A model generated the notes under the pieces. The model saw only the letters and a list, made by a program, of their open reading frames with translations. It searched no databases and was not told the origin of the DNA. Positions 29,513-37,811 of a DNA stretch of 64,000 bases are shown here, one piece after another. The stretch is from a virus. Taxonomy: Duplodnaviria; Heunggongvirae; Uroviricota; Caudoviricetes. Location of the stretch: positions 20,112 to 84,111 of IMG/VR virus record IMGVR_UViG_3300037384_000074; one strand, 5' to 3'. Numbering within the stretch: the stretch's first letter is position 1; the number at the start of each line of letters is the position of its first letter. Position numbers and translations under genes: made by a program.

Positions 29513-29965
29513 ATGTCTCTATTCGAGAAGATTAAGAAAGATTATTACCGAACTCGCCTCGCTAAGGAAACAATCAGAATCAACCTATTGTCAACTCTGA
29601 TTGGCGATCTCGAGAGCTCTGCTAAGTTCGTTGATGGCAAGAAAGTTGTTGACGATCAGGCTGTAATCGGTATGATCAAAAAGTACCTCAAGAATAATGA
29701 AATCATTCTCGAGGCAGTTAAGCGAGTACCAGGTCGTTCTCCTGAAGAGGTGACCGCGCAGAGTGAATCAATCTATCGCACAACGAAGGAAATCGAAGTG
29801 TTGAACAGTTTTCTTCCTCAGCAGTTGTCTGAACAAGAGCTCAAAGATATCCTGAAGACTCTTTCGCAGCGGCCTGATTTCCCAAACTGGATGAAGTTCT
29901 TGAAGGCGAACTTCGCTGGACTGTATGATGGCAAGGTTGCTGCAGAAATCTTCAAGAATGCCTGA
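29513..29965 (+). CDS. GatB/YqeY-domain protein
   Basis: MSLFEKIKKDYYRTRLAKETIRINLLSTLIGDLES resembles the YqeY N-terminus (MSL...LRLSTLR). ATG 29513 follows the upstream stop. Confidence 0.5.
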   Translation: MSLFEKIKKDYYRTRLAKETIRINLLSTLIGDLESSAKFVDGKKVVDDQAVIGMIKKYLKNNEIILEAVKRVPGRSPEEVTAQSESIYRTTKEIEVLNSFLPQQLSEQELKDILKTLSQRPDFPNWMKFLKANFAGLYDGKVAAEIFKNA

Positions 29966-30041
29966 ATGGTCAGCCATAGACACAAATCTAGGCACATCTC
30001 CTATGATGCCAACTGATCCAACATTTAATTGGAGAGAATTT

Positions 30042-31133
30042 ATGCTTGAAACTATTGACGTTATCGAACACGTTGCAATGGATGTTGATATGACTGGCGG
30101 ACGAGCGCTAGCCACCGTCCGTCGCATTTCTGCACTAGATCCGATTCCAAACGCAGATCGGATCGAGCTTGCTACCGTCGATGGTTGGCAGGTTGTTGTC
30201 GCCAAGAATGTTGGTCATAAGGTAGGCGATCTTATCATTTATTTTGAAATCGACTCATTTTTGCCAATTGAGCCACAGTATGAGTTTCTTCGCAAGGGAT
30301 GTTACACCAAGAATACTGTTTACGGTGAAGGGTTCCGCCTCAAGACGATCCGCCTTCGCGGTGCCCTAAGTCAAGGGCTCATTATGCCTATGAGTGATAT
30401 GTATAGCTCTCTGCTTGGGTCTAATGATTTTTACGAAGGACAGGACGTTACCGAAATCCTCGGCGTCAAGAAGTATGAGAAGCCTCTTCCTGCATCTCTT
30501 GGGGGCATTGCTCGCGGCAATTTCCCGAGTTTCATCCCGAAGACTGATGAGGATCGTATCCAGAACTGCTTCGGTCGTCTGAAGCATAAGGTTCCAGACC
30601 AGCTCTACGAGGCTACAATCAAGCTTGATGGTACATCATTCACGGCGTATTATCATCGTGAGACTGATCGTTTCGGTGTCTGTTCGCGTAACCTCGATCT
30701 AGAGGAAACGGAAGGTAACCTATATTGGCAGATCGCTCGCCAGTTCAATATCGAAGATATTCTTTGCAATGCTGTCAGTGGATCTTTCGCCATTCAGGGT
30801 GAAATTATCGGCTCGGGTGTCAACGGCAACTGGGAAGGAATTGGTCACAACGAGCTTTATATTTTCAATGTATGGGACATTGAAAATCAGAAGTATCTTG
30901 ATTCCGAAGAGCGAATCGCTTTTGTCCAGGATATGGCTGGTCTCAAGAACGCGCCTGTAGTTGGCTATTATCGGTTCAGTGAATTTGATAGTGTCAATGA
31001 CTTCCTCCAGTTTGCTGATGGTCCTTCTATCTATAATGATCAGCGTGAAGGTGTTGTTTTCAAGGGTGTTGACGATCCTTCGATCAGTTTTAAAGTTATT
31101 AGCAACGCCTGGTTGATTTCATCTGGAGAATAA
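30042..31133 (+). CDS. ATP-dependent RNA ligase with N-terminal tRNA-binding OB domain (Myf/Trbp111-like)
   Basis: N-terminal IPNADRIELATVDGWQVVVAKN resembles the tRNA_bind domain (hPnADkL...VD.G...iV.ga.N); IKLDGTSFTAYY is the KxDG nucleotidyltransferase motif I; GGAGAG RBS. Confidence 0.6.
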   Translation: MLETIDVIEHVAMDVDMTGGRALATVRRISALDPIPNADRIELATVDGWQVVVAKNVGHKVGDLIIYFEIDSFLPIEPQYEFLRKGCYTKNTVYGEGFRLKTIRLRGALSQGLIMPMSDMYSSLLGSNDFYEGQDVTEILGVKKYEKPLPASLGGIARGNFPSFIPKTDEDRIQNCFGRLKHKVPDQLYEATIKLDGTSFTAYYHRETDRFGVCSRNLDLEETEGNLYWQIARQFNIEDILCNAVSGSFAIQGEIIGSGVNGNWEGIGHNELYIFNVWDIENQKYLDSEERIAFVQDMAGLKNAPVVGYYRFSEFDSVNDFLQFADGPSIYNDQREGVVFKGVDDPSISFKVISNAWLISSGE

Positions 31134-31134
31134 T

Positions 31135-31245
31135 ATGAACGGAACTGCACTAGTATTCGTAGCGATTGCTATAGGATGTCTTACTATCGCTTGGTGGCTA
31201 GACTATAGATTTGCCAAGGATTACTACGAGATTATCGATGAATGA
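31135..31245 (+). CDS. small TM peptide (36 aa)
   Basis: GGAGAA RBS; single hydrophobic helix. Confidence 0.25.
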   Translation: MNGTALVFVAIAIGCLTIAWWLDYRFAKDYYEIIDE

Positions 31246-31459
31246 CATGTCCAATTTCGTCCGTGTAGACGTTTCAGTTGTCAAGGAACGATACGAGGAG
31301 CTTAAACATCAAGAGACTCAGCGTAATTGGGCACATACTGTGTTGAAGTGGCATGAAGAATTCAATAGTATGGGGCTTCAACCAATAATTATGCACAACC
31401 CATTTGGAGGAGAGTGGGTTGTGACTTCCGACGAATCAATTAGGAATTGGTATCACTGA
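31238..31459 (+). CDS. hypothetical protein
   Basis: ORF 31211-31459 in the track; ATG 31238 preferred. Confidence 0.35.
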   Translation: MNDMSNFVRVDVSVVKERYEELKHQETQRNWAHTVLKWHEEFNSMGLQPIIMHNPFGGEWVVTSDESIRNWYH

Positions 31460-31580
31460 TGGCTGCAATTTTCACAATGATCGGAGCACTTGTAGTGTTG
31501 ATGATCATCCTAGCAGGTGTTTATTGGGTTTCCAAGAACATCTATTTTTCTTCCTACACCCCTAATGGAGATTCAAAATG
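31458..31580 (+). CDS. small TM peptide (40 aa)
   Basis: Hydrophobic helix; ATGA overlap with the SPFH gene start. Confidence 0.3.
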
Positions 31581-32438
31581 ACTTTCGGTCGCGGCGTTAC
31601 GCTTGCAGTAACGCTTCTAATCGCCCTCGTGGGACTCTCGTTTGTATTTGGTACCTGGTATACAGTTAATCAGGGCGAACGTGGCGTCATCGTACGAAAT
31701 GGTGCTGTTGTAGGTACCGCTGAACCTGGTCTAGGGTTCAAGATTCCGTGGATTGACAATGTTGTTGATGTGAACGTTCAGACTAACGTTCGTGAATACG
31801 ACAAGATGTCAGTGTATTCTCGTGATCAGCAGCCTGCAGTGATTCGAGTATCGATCAACTATCGTATTCCCGCTGATCGAGCTGCAGAGGTATACGGTGA
31901 GTATGGCGGTCAGGAAGGTATCGTGACTCGACTACTCGACCGCCAGGCATTTGAGAAGATCAAGAACGTTTTTGGTCGTTACAATGCTATCAATGCGATT
32001 CAGGAACGTACTCGACTGAATGCTGATATTACTGAGATCGTACGATCTGGCATCGGTGATGCGCCTATTGTGATCGAAACAGTTCAGCTTGAGAACATTG
32101 ACTTCTCTGATGCATATGAGTCTGCGATTGAAGCTCGTATGACGGCAGAAGTTGGTGTCGAGAAGGAAAAGCAGGGACTAGCTCGAGAGAAGGTATCTGC
32201 TGAGATTGCAGTGACTCAGGCTCAGGCTCAGGCTGATTCGAAGCTTGCAGTTGCTCGATCTAACGCAGAGGCAACTCGACTACAGGGTCTTGCTGAAGCT
32301 GATGCGATCAAGGCTCGAGGTGATGCTCTACGTGAGAATCCAGGCATTCCTGCACTGATTCAGGCGGAAAAGTGGAATGGTCAGCTACCTCAGACGATGG
32401 TGCCAGGATCAGCCGTACCGTTTATCAGCGTCAAGTGA
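31578..32438 (+). CDS. SPFH/band-7 (prohibitin/HflC-like) membrane protein
   Basis: N-terminal TM then YTVNQGERGVIVRNGAV...GLGFKIPWID, typical of the SPFH domain; coiled-coil A/Q-rich C-terminus. Confidence 0.7.
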   Translation: MTFGRGVTLAVTLLIALVGLSFVFGTWYTVNQGERGVIVRNGAVVGTAEPGLGFKIPWIDNVVDVNVQTNVREYDKMSVYSRDQQPAVIRVSINYRIPADRAAEVYGEYGGQEGIVTRLLDRQAFEKIKNVFGRYNAINAIQERTRLNADITEIVRSGIGDAPIVIETVQLENIDFSDAYESAIEARMTAEVGVEKEKQGLAREKVSAEIAVTQAQAQADSKLAVARSNAEATRLQGLAEADAIKARGDALRENPGIPALIQAEKWNGQLPQTMVPGSAVPFISVK

Positions 32439-32443
32439 CTAAG

Positions 32444-32468
32444 AAATCGCCCTTCGGGGCGATTTTTC
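32444..32468 (+). terminator. rho-independent terminator
   Basis: ATCGCCC-ttcg-GGGCGAT followed by TTTTTCG. Confidence 0.65.
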
Positions 32469-32527
32469 GTTGCCTCAGTATGTGATTTCGAGGAGTATCT
32501 CATTACCACAACCGATGGAGTAATCAA

Positions 32528-32893
32528 ATGACGACCTTCAATCGCACCATTCTCCGTGAAATTTCGGCTGATATTGATGTGGCACTCGCTGAAGTTGCTC
32601 GCAAGCATGGAATCAACCTTGAAAAGGGTACGATCCGTTTCAGTGCCGATTCCTTCAAGGTTTCCGTTTCTGGTTCGCAGAAGACTTCTGGTTCCTTGAT
32701 TGATGTGATCAAGGAAAACGATACTGGCACTGATTTGTTTCCGATCAACACTCGAATCCTTGTGAAGCGTACTGTGTATACGATCACTGGCTATAACAAG
32801 AATGCTCCCAAGTACCAGTACAATGTCGTCACCGATAAGGGCGCCAAGTGGCGTGCCTCGCACTCGATGCTCGCTAAGGGCGTTCGTATCTGA
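32528..32893 (+). CDS. hypothetical protein
   Basis: 121-aa ORF. Confidence 0.45.
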   Translation: MTTFNRTILREISADIDVALAEVARKHGINLEKGTIRFSADSFKVSVSGSQKTSGSLIDVIKENDTGTDLFPINTRILVKRTVYTITGYNKNAPKYQYNVVTDKGAKWRASHSMLAKGVRI

Positions 32894-32906
32894 ATAGGAA
32901 AATATA

Positions 32907-34793
32907 ATGTCTGTAAAGACTGTTGAAGATATTGTTGACCAGCTTAATCAGGCAGCTCTCGCATATGCCGAGGGCTTCCCGATTATGACTGATGAAGAGT
33001 TTGACGCACTTGAAATTCTTCTCAAGCTACGTGATCCTAAGAATGACTACTTCAAGGAAGTAGGCGCACCCGTTCGTGGTGCGAAGACTGCACTACCTGT
33101 AGCTATGGGTAGTCTCGATCAGGTGTATGGCAATGATCTGCTCTCTACTGTTCGTCAGTATTGGCTTACAGATGATGTAGCTATCCTCACGGCAAAGCTC
33201 GATGGCGCTTCACTACTACTTGAGTATGTGGATGGCGTTTTCAAGCGTGCGCTGACACGTGGTGATGGATATGAAGGCCAGGACGTAACGCAGATTTTCA
33301 CTCATTGTGAGTGTGTTCCGAAGAAGGTTCCGGGCATTTTTATGCCGAATCCTCTCTACATTCGGGCAGAAGCTATCTTTACTGAGAGTGATTTCAAGTC
33401 ACTCAATGAGGCTGGAAAGCTCGGCCGAACGTACAAGAACGCTCGAAACTACGTCGCTGGACAGCTAAATCGGCAGTATGCTGATGCTGAAAGCGTGTTT
33501 GTCAAGAACATTCACGTTATTGCATACCAGATCTTCGGCGATTTCAGCAAGTCACATCAGCTTGACATGCTCCGATTATTCGGGTTTGAGATCGCTGAAA
33601 ACCTGACTTCGACGTTCGAATCGCTGGATGAATCGAAGCTTGAGCGTGTCCTACGTCAGTTCAAGTCGAGTGAAATCTCATCAAAGTATGCTATTGATGG
33701 CGTCGTAGTCGATGTGGACGCCAATGATACTCGCGTTCGCCTCGCTGAATCCGACAATCGTGGTAGCATCAACCCGAACTTTCAGTGGAAGTTCAAGATC
33801 AATGACAACCGCACGATCACAACAGTTGTCGATGTCGAGTGGAACATCTCCAAGAATGGATATCTGAAGCCTCGAGTGCAGGTTGAACCTGTTGAGCTCG
33901 CTGGTGTCACTATTTCATTCGCAACAGGCTTCAATGCGAAGTTCATTGAGCTCAATGGTATTGGCAAGGGTGCCAAGATCCAGATTACTCGCTCCGGAGA
34001 CGTTATTCCACTCATCGAGAAGGTTGTGGAACGAGTAGAACCGTCTCTTCCAACTGAGGAAGAATATGGCGAACTTGAGTGGACGCCTAACCGCGTTGAC
34101 CTCAAACTTGTACATGATCACGACGACGCTAAGATTGGTCGGATGATTGATCTGTTTTCGTCACTCGACGTTCCTCAGCTTCGTGAAGGAACTGTGATTA
34201 AGCTGTTTGACGCTGGCTTCCAGGACCCTGCTTCAGTGATTAACGCTAGCCTTGATGCACTGATTCATGCGGTAGGTGATGCTGCTGGTCGCAAGGTGTT
34301 CAACGGTATTCAATCGAAACTGAACCCTGTCACGATCTCTGATCTCGCTGGTTCTTCGCAGGTATTCGGTCGAGGACTCGGGAAGAGGAAGTTCAAGAAG
34401 CTGTTTGAGCAGTATCAGGACATCCTCGGACTGACTCGTGAGCAGATCATCGCTGCCGAAGGGTTCGATGTTAAGAGTGCTGACAAGATTATCGGTGGGA
34501 TGGGAGCGTTTAAGCAGTTCTTGGCCGACATCGAAGGGAAGTATACTCTCAAGATCGAAGGTAAGATCGAGGGTCCCTTGACTGGTATTGGCGTCTGTTT
34601 CACTGGAGTTCGCAGCAAGGAACTAGAGGAAGCTATCACTTCAAAGGGTGGTCGAATCGATAGTTCCGTCAGCAAGAAGACGACTCACCTCGTCTGCAAG
34701 GATCCGAATAGCGGGTCTGCGAAGCTCAAGAAGGCTTCTGATAGTGGCGTAAACGTTCTCTCGATCGAGAATGCATGGAAGCTGTGGGGTTGA
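32907..34793 (+). CDS. ligA: NAD-dependent DNA ligase LigA with C-terminal BRCT
   Basis: Adenylation motif LTAKLDGASL (KxDG); 628 aa; C-terminal GVCFTGVRSKELEEAITSKGGRIDSSVSKKTTHLVC is a BRCT domain. Confidence 0.85.
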   Translation: MSVKTVEDIVDQLNQAALAYAEGFPIMTDEEFDALEILLKLRDPKNDYFKEVGAPVRGAKTALPVAMGSLDQVYGNDLLSTVRQYWLTDDVAILTAKLDGASLLLEYVDGVFKRALTRGDGYEGQDVTQIFTHCECVPKKVPGIFMPNPLYIRAEAIFTESDFKSLNEAGKLGRTYKNARNYVAGQLNRQYADAESVFVKNIHVIAYQIFGDFSKSHQLDMLRLFGFEIAENLTSTFESLDESKLERVLRQFKSSEISSKYAIDGVVVDVDANDTRVRLAESDNRGSINPNFQWKFKINDNRTITTVVDVEWNISKNGYLKPRVQVEPVELAGVTISFATGFNAKFIELNGIGKGAKIQITRSGDVIPLIEKVVERVEPSLPTEEEYGELEWTPNRVDLKLVHDHDDAKIGRMIDLFSSLDVPQLREGTVIKLFDAGFQDPASVINASLDALIHAVGDAAGRKVFNGIQSKLNPVTISDLAGSSQVFGRGLGKRKFKKLFEQYQDILGLTREQIIAAEGFDVKSADKIIGGMGAFKQFLADIEGKYTLKIEGKIEGPLTGIGVCFTGVRSKELEEAITSKGGRIDSSVSKKTTHLVCKDPNSGSAKLKKASDSGVNVLSIENAWKLWG

Positions 34794-34794
34794 T

Positions 34795-35088
34795 ATGGAA
34801 ATTGAGACCTCTGAGCTCTCATTCAACGCTACTATCGTTAACCGCTTGAAAGAACTAGGGTATTCCAAGTTCTTCACAACTGATGTCCGCCTTGGAAACT
34901 ATGAAGGACGCAACTTCATCGTACGAGGTTGGGCTGTTGACGATGATTTCGAGTATCAGTTCACCAATCGTTTTCCTAAGGATACCACAATCATCGTCTA
35001 TGAAGGATATGTTAAGGATCCTTCTGCCCCAATTTTCTCATTTGCTCCAATTCTATCAGAAAGTGATATCAATGAAGTTCAACGCTAA
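34795..35088 (+). CDS. hypothetical protein
   Basis: ATG 34795 lies 1 nt after the ligA stop. Confidence 0.4.
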   Translation: MEIETSELSFNATIVNRLKELGYSKFFTTDVRLGNYEGRNFIVRGWAVDDDFEYQFTNRFPKDTTIIVYEGYVKDPSAPIFSFAPILSESDINEVQR

Positions 35089-35296
35089 CTATCAGTCTAT
35101 CGATTCCCTGATCGGCACCACTGTTATTCTCAACAGTGGCGGCCCTCGTATGACAATCAAGAAGGCTCGTGTCACAACCACCCGCCCCACTCTCGATAAG
35201 GAAATCACCAATGTGTATGTCACATGCACTTGGTTGAACGATGAATATGGGATCGGTGAAGCTGAATACCCAATCGAATGTGTAAAGGTTAACTGA
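35072..35296 (+). CDS. hypothetical protein
   Basis: 74 aa from ATG 35072. Confidence 0.35.
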   Translation: MKFNANYQSIDSLIGTTVILNSGGPRMTIKKARVTTTRPTLDKEITNVYVTCTWLNDEYGIGEAEYPIECVKVN

Positions 35297-35297
35297 G

Positions 35298-35429
35298 ATG
35301 AAGAAGTATATCAAAGTAATCGCAATCTCTCTCGCAGCTCTCTCACTCGCTGGCTGTCTAACATCTGAAGAGAAGTACTGGAAGCAGGCGACTCCTGTTA
35401 TCTCTGACATCCTCAATAGCCCAAAATGA
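35298..35429 (+). CDS. small lipoprotein (43 aa)
   Basis: Signal with lipobox LAGC. Confidence 0.3.
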   Translation: MKKYIKVIAISLAALSLAGCLTSEEKYWKQATPVISDILNSPK

Positions 35430-35517
35430 AGATAGAGCTCATCAAGCACGAGCCAAAAAGGTTCCCAGATATCAACAATCCAGACGAATTCGCACTCAAG
35501 ATCACGAACGACTTCAA

Positions 35518-35925
35518 ATGAAACTGACAATCATTCCATCTAGCAATCCCGATCGTCCCTGGGTCCTAGTGCCAACTCACACAATCAGTAAGTCAATCCC
35601 TCTCGCTGAGCTTACTGACGAAGGCGCTAAGATCGTATCAGAAGCTATCTATAACGGAGAAAAGATAGGCTTCCTCAATGGTCCGCCAGACTGGAACCGT
35701 ATCGATAAGGTCCGGCGTTACAATAAGCTCAATATCAAAGACGTTTTCCCGAAGTATGTGATTGTTCAGGGAGACCCCAACAAATATAGTAAGCCTGTTT
35801 GGTATGTTGAACAGATTACAGGTAAAGGTCCTAAGTATCGCTTAATCAATTGTGATTCCGAAGCAAGGTGTAGGCAGTATCTGGATAATTTGGGAAAGGC
35901 TTGCTGGACCGTTAGATATTTTTGA
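35518..35925 (+). CDS. hypothetical protein
   Basis: 135-aa ORF. Confidence 0.45.
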   Translation: MKLTIIPSSNPDRPWVLVPTHTISKSIPLAELTDEGAKIVSEAIYNGEKIGFLNGPPDWNRIDKVRRYNKLNIKDVFPKYVIVQGDPNKYSKPVWYVEQITGKGPKYRLINCDSEARCRQYLDNLGKACWTVRYF

Positions 35926-35944
35926 CAAAGATTCGAACGTAGAC

Positions 35945-35981
35945 GGGTAATAATATTACCCTTTTATACCATGGTATAAAA
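35945..35981. promoter_or_regulatory. two adjacent palindromes: a terminator-like hairpin plus a 20-bp perfect palindrome
   Basis: GGGTAAT-aat-ATTACCC, then TTTTATACCATGGTATAAAA. Intergenic between 35925 and 36014. Confidence 0.4.
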
Positions 35982-36013
35982 ACGGTCCAAATTAAATGAT
36001 TGGAGAGATATAA

Positions 36014-36241
36014 ATGTTGGTAATCGCGGTACTTTTTATTTGGTTTTTGAGCGGATTTCTGCCCGCGATTTACATGTGGTATAGGGATCCATCGTATACC
36101 GAATTGACCGTGCGCGAGCTCGCACAGATGTGTACCGTTGGCGCATTTGGCCCCGTTGCACTCGTTTGTTGGATCTATCACAATGTTGATACCGACAAGT
36201 TCTGGAATTTCACGCTGATTACGAAGAAAGAAAAGTCATGA
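36014..36241 (+). CDS. small membrane protein
   Basis: Two hydrophobic helices. Confidence 0.4.
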   Translation: MLVIAVLFIWFLSGFLPAIYMWYRDPSYTELTVRELAQMCTVGAFGPVALVCWIYHNVDTDKFWNFTLITKKEKS

Positions 36242-36326
36242 TTACATGCTCGTTCCAAATGATGATTACAACGAGTTAATGAGTGAAAAAGTTAACCTCG
36301 CTCAGTGTTAGTAGGTAACAAATGAT
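36238..36326 (+). repeat. direct repeat R1, copy a (89 bp, ~81% identical to 37518-37606; last 35 nt nearly identical)
   Basis: ATGATTACATGCT...AACCTCGCYCAGTGTTAGTAGGTAACAAATGAT present twice; it ends with the start codon of the downstream ORF. Confidence 0.75.
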
Positions 36327-36346
36327 GAAGGAAATGAGCTCCTAAA

Positions 36347-36661
36347 ATGCTGAATCGCATTGTATATTACGGTAATGACGGGGCAGTTGTAAGTGAAGTC
36401 GAGAATCAGTCGCTCGATATCTCAATTGACTTCCGTTTTGCAAGTCTCTACACTGACTGTAAGTCTCTCACTTTGACCAAGAAAGAGATCGACCAGTTGT
36501 GGCCTGTTACTAGCAATGGTAGGTGGGAGAAAGAGAGATCCTCTGGAACTCCGAAAAGGATCGCCGCCTCGCAGTTCATGTCCTACCTGTTCGGCAAATA
36601 TTACGAAAATAAGGTGCGAAAACGCATTGAGGACCGTAAATTGCTCGACTATCTTCGGTGA
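36347..36661 (+). CDS. hypothetical protein
   Basis: 104-aa ORF downstream of R1 copy a. Confidence 0.4.
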   Translation: MLNRIVYYGNDGAVVSEVENQSLDISIDFRFASLYTDCKSLTLTKKEIDQLWPVTSNGRWEKERSSGTPKRIAASQFMSYLFGKYYENKVRKRIEDRKLLDYLR

Positions 36662-36984
36662 TAACCACGAATTATTGCCCGAAACCTGCGGTAGAATACA
36701 TTCCCCGTCTAGGCCGGGCGGCTCGCGTGGACGTGCGCGTCCACGGCCAGCACGGCCGGCTGCTGATGATCGAGATCAAGGCAGAGGCGGGCAAGGCCAG
36801 CGAGGAGCAGCAGGACCGGCACGCGCTGCTTATCGGGCTCGGATACATGGTGGTGACGATCCACGCCAGCACCGAAGACGAATGCGCCGACTTGGTGGAG
36901 TCGATCGTTGAAGAGTGGCTGGCGGTGGGCGCGGCGGCGAATGACAATGAGTTACCGGCCAAGAAAACGCGAATTAGGGCTTGA
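36658..36984 (+). CDS. chimeric ORF: phage N-terminus fused to a GC-rich VRR-NUC-like nuclease fragment
   Basis: The first 18 aa (NYCPKPAVEYI) are encoded by repeat R2, which is also inside ORF 37602. The rest is ~68% GC. VDVRVHGQHGRLLMIEIKAEAGKASEEQQ matches the VRR-NUC D...E.K...Q core. Confidence 0.45.
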   Translation: MITTNYCPKPAVEYIPRLGRAARVDVRVHGQHGRLLMIEIKAEAGKASEEQQDRHALLIGLGYMVVTIHASTEDECADLVESIVEEWLAVGAAANDNELPAKKTRIRA

Positions 36985-37042
36985 CGCCCTAGGGCATTTA
37001 GCCTATATTCACATCCATGGACAGCGGCGGTGCCGCAACGAG

Positions 37043-37246
37043 ATGGAGACGGAAATGACCAAGGCACAGGCAATCAGCCAGATGATCCTCGATCAGGCTC
37101 AAGCAAAAGCGAACTTCCGATTTTCATCGATGGCCACCGACGTAACCGCCATGAAAGAAGCCATCGACTTCGTGCTTGGCGCTGGCACCTACGACCGTCT
37201 CGTCTCCGACTTGTATGACGAGCTCCGCGCTAAGGCGAGCAAATAG
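37043..37246 (+). CDS. small GC-rich ORF (67 aa), hypothetical
   Basis: High-GC codon usage; followed by a strong terminator. Confidence 0.35.
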   Translation: METEMTKAQAISQMILDQAQAKANFRFSSMATDVTAMKEAIDFVLGAGTYDRLVSDLYDELRAKASK

Positions 37247-37266
37247 CCCACCACACCACTAACCAC

Positions 37267-37293
37267 AGCCCGGCCACGTGCCGGGCTTTTTCG
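37267..37293 (+). terminator. rho-independent terminator inside the GC-rich island
   Basis: AGCCCGGC-cacgt-GCCGGGCT followed by TTTTTCG. Confidence 0.65.
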
Positions 37294-37517
37294 TTCGGAC
37301 TTAGGACAACTCTGCCGCACCGATCTAATCCAGCCCGCCACGCCTCCAGAGCGCCTATATCGTGGCAGTTCACCGTGGGGAGGCATCTGGTGCAGCCAGA
37401 CAACGACAACACAAAATGGACGGCCGAGCAGCGCGAGGAGCGCAGCTAGGCCCCCAGGGGGTGGTCCGCGTGATCCCGGCCTCAATATGTGGCTGGTTTT
37501 CAAGAATAACGGCACGG

Positions 37518-37606
37518 ATGATTACATGCTTGTGCCGCATGATGTCTATAACGAGTATATTTGTAAACTGGTGAACCTCGCCCAGTGTTAGTAGGTAACA
37601 AATGAT
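37518..37606 (+). repeat. direct repeat R1, copy b
   Basis: See 36238-36326. It ends with ATG 37602 of the downstream ORF. Confidence 0.75.
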
Positions 37607-37811
37607 CTGCAGAACGATCGAAGAAGCCTTATTTCACGCTCAGCAGACTGCGAATCACTTGATTTCTCTCGGCTGCAATGACGTTTGGATCGAATATAAT
37701 CGCGAAATATGCGCTGTAAACGTGTATTATTGCCCGAAACCTGTGGTAGAATGCATCGAATTGAGCTGCATCAGAGATGTTGAAGGGAATTATGTTCATG
37801 TTGAACTTTGA
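37602..37811 (+). CDS. hypothetical protein; contains repeat R2 (37726-37756) internally
   Basis: 69-aa ORF; residues VYYCPKPVVECI are shared with the chimeric ORF 36658. Confidence 0.35.
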   Translation: MICRTIEEALFHAQQTANHLISLGCNDVWIEYNREICAVNVYYCPKPVVECIELSCIRDVEGNYVHVEL

